This document shows, in pieces, positions 1-15,655 of a stretch of 64,000 bases of DNA. How positions within the stretch are numbered: position 1 is the first letter of the stretch; the number at the start of each line of letters is the position of its first letter. The DNA is taken from assembly GCA_964016885.1 (NCBI GenBank), contig OZ024740.1, forward strand, positions 257,486,001-257,550,000. The letters are read 5' to 3'. A model generated the notes under the pieces. The model saw only the letters and a program-made list of their open reading frames with translations. It was not told where the DNA came from and made no database searches. The position numbers and the translations under genes were made by a program. Source of the DNA: Eledone cirrhosa. Lineage: Eukaryota.

Positions 1-671
1 TTATGCGTATGTCACTAGTTCAGGTAAAATTCGCATTTCAAACATCGTACGGCCTTGGTTTACAGAGTTCAGCTTTTCAGATAAAACTGATTTTTTTTAC
101 TCTTTTCACACAAAACTAATTTCTACAGTCGTGACAGGTATTTCCCATGTAGGTATTTTTCTTGCCAACGACTAACAATGACATTTTGTAATAGCATTCT
201 CTTTCGTTAATTCTTCATTCTCTTCACAGCTGTCTCTTATCTCAGCTTGCTTTCTAAATTTGATGGCTTCCTTCAAGACAGAAAACCGCCATTTTGTATG
301 TTTTATTCATATTTAATGTCCTTATACAGTTTTTTTCTATACACATTTCAAAACATTCTAGAGTGGGTATTTTATAATAATTTTCTAGTTACAGATTTCA
401 ACCTGACTATCAGAAATGAATATACACTCTGTGTTGGGGTTCAAGGGTTATAGTCTAAGTTCAATAAATAGTTTGACTAATTATTGTGCGTCCAGTTAGA
501 TATATTTGAACTATGACATGTTAACTGATTAATGACAATTTTCTTATGTTTACCTTTAATTCTATTTTAAATATACATTTAAAGAGTCTAAAATATTTCT
601 TAAACTTTTCTACCGTTTGTCTACGTTGTGCTCTCGAAGTAATTAAATTGTTAATTCTTTGTAAGTCTTCC

Positions 672-676
<5 letters not shown>

Positions 677-741
<65 letters not shown>
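677..741. repeat. (CT)n microsatellite
   Basis: Pure CT dinucleotide run. Confidence 0.95.
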
Positions 742-745
<4 letters not shown>

Positions 746-882
746 ATATATATATGTGCGCGCACGCGGGCGCACGCGTGTAGTTGTGTGTGTAAAAGGT
801 AGACGGAAGAAATGTAGTTCTAATATCAATAATAATATTTGATTAGAATATGTGAGTAGAATAATCCCGCCATTCTTACAGA

Positions 883-929
883 ACGGCAGACACTAATGTT
901 TCTGGTTGATCACCCTTCATCAGTACCGT
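883..929 (-). ncRNA. Type-I hammerhead ribozyme motif, stem II imperfect
   Basis: Reverse complement reads acggta CTGATGA agggtgatcaacca GAAA cattagtg TC tgccgt; 6-bp stem I and self-complementary stem III. Confidence 0.65.
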
Positions 930-1151
930 ATAATGGTTACCTGCCAACTGTCAGAGTTAATGAAGATATATGATATTTTCTCGGAATATAGAGTGACTGA
1001 TCGGCTTGATTTGCATATTAGCAGACTGCTTGATCAGTCAGATCTGCATGTTAGCAGACCCACTATTTAGACAATTTTCACATCAGCAGATAGGCCAGTC
1101 AGTTTCATGTATATGAGCGATTAGTAGTCGGGTTTGCCATAATCCAATAAC

Positions 1152-1428
1152 TAACAAATAGTTTTATCGCTCTATGTCGCTGAATACAAGAAATGTAAAT
1201 CTGAGATTTTCGAATATTAATATTAATATTCGATTCGTTTGCAATTATGCAAAGAAGCTCTTTAGGCCATGTGAGTGTTTGCCATTCTGTTTATATGGCA
1301 ACACAAGAACAAGAATGATAGGATCATTCTACTCACATGGCTTAAAGAGGCATACTTGTAAATGAAACGAATATTATTTTTAACTTACGTTTCTTGTATT
1401 CAGCCATGCAGAGCGATAAAACTATTTG

Positions 1429-1431
<3 letters not shown>
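1152..1431. repeat. Degenerate fold-back inverted repeat
   Basis: taacaaatagttttatcgctct (1152) pairs with agagcgataaaactatttgtta (~1410-1431); ctctttaggccatgtgagt pairs with actcacatggcttaaagag. Confidence 0.75.
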
Positions 1432-1486
<55 letters not shown>

Positions 1487-1529
1487 TTGTATGTATGTGC
1501 GTGTGTATTGTTATATTTGTGGAGGGTCA

Positions 1530-2036
1530 TATTGTTATAATATTGACAGGAATATATAATAAAGCACACTTACTCTTTGGTATGGATTGGTTTTCGCTTC
1601 CGTATATTTTATATCCCCATAGTTAATTTAGCTGGCAATCAATGTTTACCATTGATTGACCACCAGTTAAAATATAGATATAAATATATATATATATATA
1701 TATATAGACTCTCACAGTACTTTATTTACACACATGTGACATCATCAGTGATACACTTATGCTTCCACCCGTTGTATTGTAATGTCTACTTAGAATAAGT
1801 AAACATTACAATACAAGAACAGGTAGCATAGTAGTTCGACTGATGATGTCACTGGTGTGTGATGAAAGAACATTGAGCGACTATATATATATATATTTAA
1901 CTGTTAGTCAATCATTAATAAACATTGATTGCCAGCTAAATTAACTATAGGGATATAAAATATGAGGAAGCGAACACCAACCCAAACCAAAGAGTGGGTG
2001 TGTTTTATTATATGTTTCTGGCAATATCATGACAAC
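1530..2036. repeat. Nested inverted repeats separated by (TA)n
   Basis: Outer arms ~1530-1672 and ~1896-2036; inner arms ~1707-1750 and ~1840-1882. Confidence 0.75.
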
Positions 2037-2447
2037 TAGCAGAAAACCACCCTTCGGGTGATTTTCTGCTAGCAAGTGCGTATTGATATTACACACAAAT
2101 ATATAGGCATGTAGATATGACACGTCAAATACAATCGTAATCGAGAACGTGCACAGAAATTGAGAGAGAGACTGTGTTACAGTGTATTCTGTAATCGGTA
2201 AAGTAATCCATGACACATTTAAAAAAGACGATATTATATGTAAAACTATATATAACGATGCAAATATATGAACGTTTATATAAGCTATATAATATAGAGT
2301 CCATTATATCATAACCGGAAATATTGACATTTGAACATTTTAAAAGAAGTGAATCATGAAATAAGCAATAAAATTATTTATATTTCATCAAGAGTTACGA
2401 AATTTAGTACATAGATTATGTAATATGCATTCATTATTTATTCAAAG

Positions 2448-2632
2448 GCCGGTGGATTGGCAGTATCGGTAGAGGGTCGGACGCCATGCTTTGTAGCATA
2501 GTTACGTCCCTTTACGATCTGAGTTCAAATCCCGCCGAGGTTGACTTTGCCTTTCATCCTTACGGGGTCGATAAAATAAAGTACCAGTAATAGCACTGGG
2601 TAATTGCTGGCCTTGTGCCTAAAGTAGAAACA
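2448..2632 (+). mobile_element. tRNA-derived SINE (octopus type)
   Basis: A-box TGGCAGTATCGG, B-box GAGTTCAAATCC, tail GTAGAAACAATTATT; 15-bp TSD attatttattcaaag at 2433-2447 and 2633-2647. Confidence 0.92.
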
Positions 2633-2829
2633 ATTATTTATTCAAAGTAATCCAACTTATTTTACGAACAGGATAAAAAAAATATATTCAGGACGTAGTC
2701 CCACACTCCCCCCTTTATTATTGTATGATATCCCCAAATATAACAATATTTGTTCCAACACACGAATTCATATAAAAAAAAACTTAGAAAACAAATATAT
2801 ATAAATGAGATTTTTACTCTTAAATAACA

Positions 2830-2872
2830 GCTTTTGACGAGTTCCAAGAAGGGGACGAAACGTTCGTAAATC
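2830..2872 (+). ncRNA. Degenerate type-I hammerhead motif
   Basis: gctt TTGACGA gttcc-aagaag-gggac GAAA cgttcg TA aatc. Confidence 0.5.
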
Positions 2873-3150
2873 AACATTTAATGTAAATACGTATTTGGTA
2901 ATTGCTTTAATGAATAATTTGCTTCATGCGTAATGAATAATTGGGTTCATGTGAGTGTGTTATATTTTAACACAATAGAATGTTTTTGTATACATGCATA
3001 TTTGGAATATTCTTTCAAAGAAGTATGTAGCATAATCTTTTGTACTGTTTATTATAATAATCTACTGTATTTTGAGCTGTTTCTAACCTCTCCACCTATA
3101 TTTCTAATCTTTTGTACTTTTTTGTTGTTGTAAAAATCGATATCTTTTTC

Positions 3151-3210
<60 letters not shown>

Positions 3211-3659
3211 TTTAGGTCGTTATGTATATATATACTACGTTCTCGTATTTCTTTTGCAAGGTTTTTGTATCGGACATTATACCTTGGGAGGGTTTGTTGC
3301 CAATGAAAAAACACTCTCATCTACTGGTTTTGACTTCAATTTATTACAAATCTCCAGTTGGTTTGTTTCATAACTGGATTGTTGTTTATTTGGTGTCAAA
3401 GCTCCTTCGTGACACATCCCGTGACTTCCTCAATGACTAATTTCTTATTTTGTGTCTCTCATTTGTTCTATCCTAACACCAAGATGGGGTTCTACAGAAC
3501 AAAGGAATATCAGAAATTATTATATCAATATACATACTTATATATAATACATACATATATATAATACATACATATATATATAATCTCTTTCACGCTCTCT
3601 TTAACACTTGTGTGCATTATTTTGTTATTAATTTTCCTTTCTTTTCTAGGGCAACATGT

Positions 3660-3950
3660 CATGCAGCACGAATTTAAGGTCATTTAAGTTCTGTGTGTTC
3701 GAATCTCACCGAGGTTTGCTTTGCCTTTCAACCTGCGGTGTCGATAAAATAAAGTGCCAGTAACACACCGGGATCGATTTTTGGATAACATCAAGATCTA
3801 TGTTTACATTTATGTCTTTGTTTATGTTTCGGAGCCTTGCAATAAAAAAAAAAGAGAATGATAAAATATGTTTCATAGTTGAAAACGTAAGTACTAAATG
3901 GAGGCGGTAACCCAGCATGGCCGCCGTCTAGAACAAAATAAAAGAATATT
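3660..3950 (+). mobile_element. Degenerate SINE
   Basis: gttcgaatctcaccgagg...ttgcctttca...gtcgataaaataaagtgccag and a ggcggtaacccagcatggccg tail motif. Confidence 0.6.
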
Positions 3951-4499
3951 AATTTTAGAATCGTTGATAACATACATCATGAGAATGGATCTTTGCCAAG
4001 CTAAACACACAAGATAAATCACAAAACAGCAGACAACTGAAACCCTGGCTTATCTTCTCAACATTGCATTGACCTATAAATTAAGAACTGCAATAACAGA
4101 CACATATATGTGAATACAAGAGAATATGAAGTACTTTTAAGGGTATACAATTCTAAAGATATGGAGATTTAATGTATTAATTATCTAAATGTGAAAATAG
4201 TTAAGGGATTACAATCAATTGATCTTCCTTTGGTGCAAAAAAATATATCTCCCGTCAGATAAAATTTAAGAAAAAATTAAAAAGACAAATATTTCCAAAG
4301 TGTCTATGACAAACATAACATTAGAATGTCGGATTAAAAATGCCCGGCTATTTGTTCCGGTTCACTCGACTCCGAGTTCAAATCCTGCCAACATGATCAA
4401 TTTTACATTTTATAATTTTACATTTTATAATTCGAGGTAACTGGAACAATCCCTCTTCTCTCTCTTTTTGAAAATTGAGATTTTCACTCCCAATTGCTT

Positions 4500-5240
4500 A
4501 GGTGCCTTTCCCGAGATCCAGGTCACCGACATACACGAGTCAGCCAGAGAATATCTTTTATACTTAAGTCTTTTAACATGTCGGACCGAATTTCATCTTC
4601 CTCAGCGGCTTTGCCATATTTGAGTACTTTGACTGCTCTTGTGACCTCAGCCTACGAGAGATTAGTCACTGCATCCAGATGCATCTCGTGTACATCAGAA
4701 GATACTGTTCGGATCGGGGTTAGGAGCCCAGCAAATTATTATCTTCACATCATCACGATGCACCTCTCTGAAGACATGAGAATGCCAGATGCGTTCCTGA
4801 TAGCAGATATGGAGAGAGACTTATTAATAAGAAGTCGTTGTATGGTATGCCAAAACATTTTATCTGCTGATCTGAAGTCTGATTCCAGCTGAACCCCAAA
4901 TTCCTCAGCATTTAACATTTGAAGCAGCAACTGCTGAGCTAAACAATCTCCACTCGCCAGAAGATGATTTTCGATTTGTACTTGGTAGATTTCGTGTCGA
5001 GTGCTGCATGGCTGGAATGAAAATTAGTGCTACGAAAACTGAGGCTTGCGCTGTGCAGGTGGAGAATATCAAGTATCTCGGTGTCGTATTCACAGGTGAT
5101 AAAAGGCAGGAGGAAGAATTAAGTGCAAGAATTGCAGGAGCTGCTGCAGTAAAACGCCAGCTTCAGCATTTAGTAATAAATGTCTTCAATTCGGTATTAT
5201 GCCAACTCTTACGAATGGTCATGAATCTTGAGTACTGAAA
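4500..5240. mobile_element. RTE-clade (Expander/Rex3-like) LINE fragment with internal inversion
   Basis: Minus strand ESDFRSADKMFWHTIQRL (~4500-4925); plus strand AGMKISATKTE...QVENIKYLGVVFT...RIAGAAAV (~4925-5240). Confidence 0.7.
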
Positions 5241-5276
5241 GAAAAAAACCCATCGATTGCCGGTCCAGCAAACATT

Positions 5277-5929
5277 AGGATTGGTGCTCTGAAATAGCGA
5301 TGTATACATGAATGTATGTATAGTATATTTGGCAATATACCGTACGTTTAATTAAAAACATTTAGAAGACCATTTTTTTTTTGCTAGACCGGCAATCGCT
5401 CTGTATAATGTTCTCCTGATTATTACTGGAATTCTATAAGAATCCAGCTTCTATGATTTTCGGCGAAAGTAGGTGGCTCTGATGAACGCCAACCAGCGTG
5501 AAACAGACTGTCAGCTTCTCTCCTTTCTTTCATCGAAAAGAAGTGACATAGTCACTACTTTAAAACTCATAGCGTATGGTCTTCTAAATATGTTTAATTA
5601 ATGATACGGTATATTGCCAAATATACTATACATATATTCATGTATACCTCGCTATTTCAGAGCACCAATCCTAAGACCTAATTTTTGCTGGACCAGCAAT
5701 CGCTCTGTATAATCAGCTCCTGATTATTACTGGAATTCTATCGGAATCCAGCTTCTATAATTTTTGGCGAAAGCAGGGGAGTCCGTGGCTCTAATGAACG
5801 CCAACCAGCGTGAAACAGACTGTCAGCTTCTCTCCCTTCTTTCGCCGAAAAGAAGTAAGTGACATAGTATGGTCTTCTAAATGTTTTTAATTAAACATAC
5901 GGTATATTGCCAAATATACGATACATACA

Positions 5930-5935
<6 letters not shown>
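5277..5935 (+). mobile_element. ORF-less HHR repeat: inverted piece plus ~312-bp tandem (retrozyme-like or solo pLTRs)
   Basis: 5277-5372 is inverted relative to ~5575-5672; tandem units carry HHRs at 5475 and 5787; another inverted copy at ~8845-9045. Confidence 0.75.
5475..5516 (+). ncRNA. Type-I hammerhead ribozyme, canonical core
   Basis: ggct CTGATGA acgc-caacca-gcgt GAAA cagactg TC agct; copies at 5787-5828 (CTAATGA) and 8968-9010 (minus strand, mutated). Confidence 0.85.
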
Positions 5936-5984
<49 letters not shown>

Positions 5985-6987
5985 TATAAAATAACAGATT
6001 AAAGTTTAAGCAAAGAATCGCTGCTTTCTCCCTTAACTGGATCTTCTGAAACTAACAAAGTCAATCTGTAAACGCAGAAGTGGATATTTAAAAAAAAAAT
6101 GCAACCGGAAGAAGACAGGAAGACGATACTTTGGTTCGTGGAAACGTTCCCTGGCAAAGAACGGGAAAAAACGAATATAATACGTCATTATTTGGAGCGG
6201 TGAAAAACAATTACACGCAAAGACAGAACCACGTTTATGGTATAAAAGAAGTCGTAGACTAATGTTCTCTTAGGTGGTTCATAGAGACGTTCTCTGGCAA
6301 TGAACGAAAAAAACGATGATTATACGTCATATGTGGAGCGTGGAGAACAATTGCACGCAAAGACAAAACCAAGAAAATGGTATAACTGATGTTGTAGACT
6401 AAAATTCTAACTAGGACACCGAATGAATCTCTGCTTCAGAGTTAAGAATAAAGTAAATCAAATACAATACAGAGGTAATAGAAATTAAATAAATACATAC
6501 ACGCATGAAAATCCGTACATACACAAGCATACGCGAAACACTTGCCATAGGTATACAAAACCACGCACATATAAATGTGTGTGTGTGTGTGTGTGCGTGT
6601 ATACAAATAAATAACTAATTAAATAAACGTATATAACAAGCGCACACACATACCTACATATAAATACACAAATGTTCGCAGACTACGTCAACCAAAACAT
6701 GAAGTACACATATACACAAACCCTACATACGTACGAACCCGCATACTCACACAGACGCAAAACTCCCGTATACACATAACCAAACCATATGTACCAGAAT
6801 ATATAAAAAATTATACGCCATAACATATACAATCAAATATACGTACGAGAAAGTATGCGTACCTTCACAAAACATACAGGTGATATATACCTACTTATGC
6901 AAATAAGTAATGGTATAAACATAACATATACTTAGCTACAACATCAAGATGTAAAATATCCACGTATAGATCGTACTATCCGTTAGG

Positions 6988-8240
6988 TTATAATGTGGGG
7001 CTGTAATACAGGAAAGTGTTGTGCAATTTATGTTTACAAGCCGAAATTGCCTCAGATTTTTTGTTTAAGATGTGGTCTGTGGCGTAGAGTATTTCCAGGG
7101 CCTCAGCGGCGCAGAGGTCACATGGTCTTTTATTTCCGTTATACGATCTAGCCCTAGCTAGGATCTCCCAGTGTAACTTATATTGGGTGTGGTTGTCTTT
7201 TAGACTCCAGATATAAGCTGAAAGTGAAATATTCCTTCTTAGAGGGTAACGAAAAGAATGGGTATGCATGTAAAGTCAATGCTTGAATCTATTGGCGGTT
7301 AACCCTACGGGACGTGGGTGTTTCAACCTTACATTTGTAGACAATGTTACTAGAGAGGCATTTCCCGGATAGGGGGCAATCAACCCGATTCCTACAATTA
7401 CAGTTAGTACTAACTACAGGGTTGCACATGTTCCTACGGCTAGGTAGTTTAGCTAAATTTGAAGCTGTGATGTTATGTGCAAGGTTAGAAGTCGTAGAGT
7501 AAGAAATTTTAATAGTATTTCTATTAAAATTGTTTTTATGTTTATGTGTAGGGAGAAATGCTACGTAATAAGGGATAGACAGATCTGAGCTAATGGTGTG
7601 GCCACCTCCATATTATATGGTGGGTTATACCAACAAATGCGACGGGATCTATTTCTTCTAGGTCTATTTTCGTACTCTGTATATGCTACCTCATCGACAA
7701 ATCCACTCTGAGCAAGAGCTTCATTGTAATAAGTGCAATGGTCGTTGAAAATATGCTCGTTAGTAGATAGACGGGAAAGCCTCAACGAAACGTTTCTTAC
7801 TAGGTTCTTGGCTATGCTGGCAGGATGGTTAGAATGCTTACTTATGTAATTAAGCGTATCATTCGGCTTTGTATACGGGTAATACATGCCATTCGATAAA
7901 TTGAGGGGAACGTTCCTTGTTGCATATGCCGTTGAACCAATCAATCACCGCGAAAGAATTGTTCCACAGTGCAAGAGGGGCCAAACTTCTAATTTCAGGT
8001 ATAATTCTATCAAAAATCCTTTTACTAAGTCTACCTAAATCGGACTTCGTAGAGTTAATAAGCCGAATAGAGGGGTTGTTCGGAAAATTGGATTTGTGAT
8101 CCTTCAAGGTAAAGTGGGGAGAAATAGGGTCCAGAGGTTTGGTCCGGTCCAGGATGTTGAGATCAGGGGTGATTTTTAACCCAGCATCGTTGATTTCATT
8201 GATGACGCACCGATTAGTTTTACGGTAATCCTTAGTTACA
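6988..8240 (-). pseudogene. PLE RT/GIY-YIG polyprotein remnant
   Basis: ORFs 6988-7269, 7561-7944 and 7859-8107; frameshifts; no YRDD region. Confidence 0.85.
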
Positions 8241-8656
8241 GCAAATTTCTATTACCTCTGTATTGTATTTTATTTACTTTATTCTTAACACTGAAGCGGA
8301 GATTCATTCGGTGTCCTAGTTAGAATTTTAGTCTACGACTTCAGCTATACCATTTACGTGGTTTTGTCTTTGCGTGAAATATGACGTATTATCTTCGTTT
8401 TTCCGTTCATTGCCAGAGAACGTCTCTATAAACCACTTAAGAGAACATTAGTCTACGACTTCTTTTATACCATAAACGTGGTTCTGTCTTTGCGTGTAAT
8501 TGTTTTTCACCGCTCCTATTAATGACGTATTATATTCGTTTGTTCCCGTTCTTTGCCAGGGAACGTTTCCAAGAACCAAAGTATCGTCTTCCTGCCTTAC
8601 TCCGGTTGCAACGTTTTTTGAAATATCCACTTCTGCGTTTACAGATTGACTTTGTT

Positions 8657-8707
8657 AGTTTCAGAAGATCCAGTTAAGGGTGAAAGCAGCGATTCTTTGC
8701 TTAAATT
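8657..8707 (+). ncRNA. Hammerhead-like motif with CAGAAGA (U4A) core, family A pLTR
   Basis: agttt CAGAAGA tcc..ggg(t/a) GAAA gca..tgc TT aaa(c/t)t; same core at 6003-6053 (-) and 44448-44498 (-). Confidence 0.6.
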
Positions 8708-8813
8708 TAATCTGTTATTTTAATAAATATTTGCTCTACGGTTATTATATATTTGATATATATTTATCCTTATCGAGTTCTCTTTGGATTTTAGTCTTCA
8801 AATTTATTATTAT

Positions 8814-8850
<37 letters not shown>

Positions 8851-9356
8851 TGTATGTATAGTATATTTGGCAATATACCGTATGTTTAATTAAAAACATT
8901 TAGAAGACCATACGCTATCAGTTTTAAAGTAGGGACTCTTACTTCTTTTCGGTGAAAGAAGGGAGAGAATCTGACAGTGTGTTTCACGCTGGTTGGAGTT
9001 CATCATAGCCACGTACGTGGGAGTTCAGGAGCTGATTATACAGACCGTCAAGAAAATGAGGTTTCTTTTTAAAATGTCCCACGCGCTTAAGGATATATGG
9101 AAAAGAAATTGAAAATGCAACTTGAGTCTTTTAAGAATATTTATTTACTTTACCGATCTTACAGTTCTTATCATTTTCAAAAGCAAAATTGAGATGGAGG
9201 GGTTTATGTTTCTGTTGTGGTTGGACTCCCATCAAGTTTGAGTTCGAAAGTTCTTTATGTTTTATAAGAAAACAATATCCCAGGCTGCAATTTCTTTAAA
9301 ATGTAATTCGGTTGGTTGATGACTGTCATGTGATTAGTTACTATAAATTTCATGCA

Positions 9357-9422
<66 letters not shown>

Positions 9423-9446
9423 GTGTGTATGTATTTATGTATGTAT

Positions 9447-10035
9447 GTCAGGTCACCATTTGGTACTACTGGTAACATGTATCCCTGTACAACCTGTCTC
9501 ATGGTCGGGTCGTTGACGACTAAACTGGCAACCCCACCAAGGTTTCTTGGTGAGGAGGGTGACTTTGGACATCCTGCAGGACTAAAAACTAAACCTGTCA
9601 AAGGGCAAAGGAGCTCTTAAAAGTCAATGGCCATCCAAAATCACCGGGAGAGATGACCCCTTAGCCTTTGTCAAGGCAGAATTCTAGGAGAAGGAAAACT
9701 CTAATATAACACCTGCAAACCTGATGGTATCCAATGATGTTGACTTGTTCTTCTTTTTGGTAAATATCATCTTGGTTAAGAGAGTGGGTCTGGCTTTGTG
9801 CAGTGCCTTTGCTCACTATAAAAGCTTCACGGCACAGGCATTGCTTTATATCTGGAGATCTCTCTGCACTGGGTCCAGCACTATGTATCAATAATTGTCA
9901 CAAGTGTAGTGTTTGTACCAGAGCTTTCAAGTCACTGGCTGGACTAAAAGGTCACACTCGTTCAGCGCATCGTTAGGGGTTCTCCTACATGGATATAAAG
10001 TAGTGGCCGTACTCGAAAACGAGTTGGCAGCCACC
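9447..10035. mobile_element. Probable degraded LINE (RTE-like) fragments
   Basis: GC-richer unique block between microsatellites with only weak resemblance to RTE 5' and endonuclease regions. Confidence 0.3.
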
Positions 10036-10039
10036 ACCA

Positions 10040-12432
<2,393 letters not shown>

Positions 12433-12435
<3 letters not shown>

Positions 12436-13170
12436 ATATAAGATCAAAAGATGGTTAAAAGAGATCCATGTATTTTATTATGCGCATTTCAAAAACAAAT
12501 ATCATCATGGGATGATATCTGCGTTCACACCAGATAAAATAGGGATACATGATATGAAGCTTAAAAAACACTTGTGAATAGTGAAGTTTTAAATCAACAT
12601 ATCATATATATCAACATATCATTATCCCTGTCTTATCTTATGAGAACGCAGATATCATCCCATGATGATATTTGTTTTTGAAATGCGCATAATAAAATTC
12701 TTGGAACTCTTTTAACCATCTTTTGCTCTTATATTATTTATACTCCAGTCCTACAAACCGTAGAGTGCTACTTATCCGATATTTGCATTGCTTTATTGTG
12801 CTACAATAAAACTCACCTCCTACATATGTATATATATAGAATAAGGAAAAGCGAAGTAGTTTCAGATGTTCAAGTCCTTTAATAATAATGCTGTGATATA
12901 TATTTCAACATATGTTGATTTAAAACTGCACTATCCACAAGTGTTTTCAACCTTCATATCATGTCTTCCTATTTTATCTGATGAAAACACAAATGTTATT
13001 GCATGATGATATTTGTTTTTGAAATGCGCATAATAAAATACATGGAACTCATTTAACCATCTTTTGATCTCATATATTATGTATACTCCAGTCCTACAAA
13101 CAGTAGAGTGCTTCTTATCCGATATCTGCATTGCTTTATTGTACTACAATAAAACTCACCTCTTACATAT
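12433..13170 (+). mobile_element. ORF-less HHR repeat: inverted copy plus ~341-bp tandem (retrozyme-like)
   Basis: 12433-12547 is inverted relative to 12622-12737; HHR copies at 12630 and 12971; bounded by (TA)n. Confidence 0.8.
12971..13039 (+). ncRNA. Type-I hammerhead ribozyme, canonical core, long stem II
   Basis: attttat CTGATGA [~15-bp hairpin] GAAA tgcgca TA ataaaat. Confidence 0.9.
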
Positions 13171-13239
13171 ACATATATATATATATATATATACATATAT
13201 ATACATACATATATATGCATATAAATATATTGATGGGGT

Positions 13240-13570
13240 ATGTCTCTGCTTTGATGTGTCTTGGTGTAATGTTAAAGAGTGCAGGGCCAATTGAGGTGAC
13301 ATAATTGTGCCGTATTGCTGTTATGTGATGCGAGCGAGATTTTTGTCGTGGGCGGATAACACGGAGCCCAAGCCTTGTGTGTACAAACACGGAGCGCAAG
13401 CCTTGTGTGTACACTAAAGGTGATGCCAACATCATTTGGGCAAAGATGATGGAATATTTTCCACATTATACAGATAATGTAGCGCTCACGGCGACGTTGG
13501 AGAGAATAAAGTTTGAGCTTTTCTAATCGACACCAATAGTCAAGGCCTGTCATGCCATCTATCATTTTTG
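13240..13570 (-). mobile_element. CR1-like LINE 3' fragment
   Basis: GLDYWCRLEKLKLYSLQRRRERYIICIMWKI is the typical CR1 ORF2 C-terminus. Confidence 0.8.
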
Positions 13571-13581
13571 TATTTGACCTT

Positions 13582-13828
13582 TTGTAATCATTATCTATCG
13601 TACACTCTTTGGCATCCTTTTATAAAAATAGACTCATAACGAACTCAAGACGACACGATAATTATTTAAGCTAATGTATAATATCTCATATTAGATGTTA
13701 CAAAATGCACCTAAACCGAATTCTATATTATAAATTCACTTAAATAATTATCGTGTTGTCTTGAGTTTGTTATGAGTCTCTTTTTTATAAAAGGATGCCA
13801 CAGAGTGTACGATAGATAATGATTACAA
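13582..13828. repeat. Inverted repeat with ~89-bp arms
   Basis: 13582-13670 pairs with 13739-13828. Confidence 0.85.
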
Positions 13829-14761
13829 TATTTTTGAGCAACAACTCTACTCCCACACTTTTGAAGGTTTATTATAACATTCTGTGGCTCTTTTGAGCTT
13901 GCACATTTTTTAGGTCTAGTTTAATATTTTTTTAAGGCAACGCTTGTAATAACTCTAGTTAAACATGATATATATTAATAAATAATTATCATTGTAATGT
14001 AATTAGATTATATAATTATTATTTTATAAATGATCTTATAAATATTATTGTAAGATGTATAAAAAATATTTTCAGACTCTTAATATAAACAACTACAAAA
14101 ACAATCAATATTAAATAAATATATTTTACATAATAATTGTTATAGTTGAATTAATAAAAATTAAATATTACATACAAATAGTCTAACATAATAATAAAAA
14201 ATAATCTAACATAAAACGAACAATAATATGGACAAATATACAAGTAAATATGATACAACCAACATTATAAGCATGTTATAAGGAACTGAAAAAAAATAGT
14301 TAATATCAATTTAAAAAATCATATATAAATTAACAATATAACCTACCAAAAATATTTTGATGATAAACGACGAAATACAGGAGGAAGATTCGATAGCGAA
14401 ACGATAAATAAACGTGCAAACAAAGTTTCGGATGCTTTTGAGTAACTATTACTATCATTGGTTGATTAGCCAATAAGACGATACATTACAAAAGATGTTT
14501 TGCAGGGATCACCACGGCAAGCGAAACCCCTTGAATGTTTTATTCACAAGCTACGCATATATGTCAGACACGCAGACTTAAAACATTCTGTTGTTAGTCA
14601 CTGCGTGTCTAACAGATATTACTTAATTTTTAAATTTCATTTTCAAGATTCTTGATCTGAAATCATGTGTTGAAACATACATTGTTATACATTGGGTGGG
14701 TTACCTATAAAACACACACACACATTCACCAGTTGAGTTTAACTTTGGTTTAATTTTAGTC

Positions 14762-14970
14762 AGGGCGGTGGATTGGCCATATCTGTAGAGTATTAGACAA
14801 AATGATTTGTGGTATTTAGTTACAACTTTCTACATTCTGAGTTCAAATTTCATTGAGGTCAACTTTGACTTTCATCCTTCTAGGTTTGATAGTATAATGT
14901 ACCAGTTAAGTTGATATAATCTATTTTCCTCTTCCCCCAAATTGCCAGCCTTGTGCTAATAATAGATACA
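14762..14970 (+). mobile_element. Degenerate tRNA-derived SINE
   Basis: gggcggtggattggc...gagttcaaat...tttcatcctt...ccttgtgc. Confidence 0.8.
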
Positions 14971-15293
14971 CTTAGTCAGGTATCTAATCCATTCTTTGAT
15001 TAGTTTAGTAACTGGGTGGCTATTTAATTGCCAAAGCTTTTTCATCATATTCTGTAAGCTTTTCAATGATTCTTCTTGCTCCTCTGTGTCTCCTCTTTGT
15101 CTTGATCTTATTTTATTTACTCCATCTTTTTGGTGTATCTGTTTTTATCGACAACATGACCCTCTCAAAGTATAACAAAATATATAATATATTTTCATCA
15201 AATAAGTAAGTGTACATAATTTAATTAAAGCACAAAAATGAACATTCAATTTACTGGGTTATATTTTAACAATTAACTATTGAATATGTTTAA

Positions 15294-15513
15294 CCCTTTA
15301 ATGTTCAAACCAGCCCAAACCGGCCAGAATTCTCTACCTTTTTCTGTTGAAACAGGCTGTAACTGATCGCTCAAACTGATGTTAAGGTATTGTTCTCAAA
15401 ATAAATACTTTCAAAATGTCATAGATTTGATATTATGTGAGATAATTATGCGAGGTAAAGCCTTTACCATGAAAATATAATAATATATATAGAGTAATGT
15501 GAATGCTAACGGG
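15294..15513. mobile_element. piggyBac-type MITE
   Basis: TTAA-CCCTTTAATGTTCA ... TGAATGCTAACGGG-TTAA; imperfect TIRs with TTAA target duplication. Confidence 0.65.
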
Positions 15514-15655
15514 TTAATAAAATCTCACCAGGGCCTCATGAAACAGAAACTCCAAACAAAGTGATAGTTCCATTTCTTTTAATTTTTTGACAGTAGAATG
15601 CTGACTACACACTGTAGAACATCTAGTGAGATGATGTCATTATTTCATGATATAA

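Larger units (their letters stand above)
5981..8815 (-). mobile_element. Naiad-type Penelope-like element (family A) with inverted pLTR and RT core deleted
   Basis: Fragments LKDHKSNF..SIRLIN..KSDLG, YPYTKPND..HSNHP, WYNPP, CNCRNRVDCPLSGKCL, CDLCAAE..LNKKSE..CKH; inverted arms ~5981-6485 and ~8246-8729. Confidence 0.9.

Noticed and set aside
1-330. Possible decayed retroelement coding sequence on the minus strand
   Set aside because: No motif clear enough to assign
2448-2540. tRNA gene
   Set aside because: The A and B boxes belong to a multi-copy SINE head with TSDs; there is no cloverleaf
9450-9535. Possible HDV-like ribozyme at an RTE-like 5' end (tcg-ttga-cga CTAA)
   Set aside because: I could not build consistent P2/P3 pairings by eye
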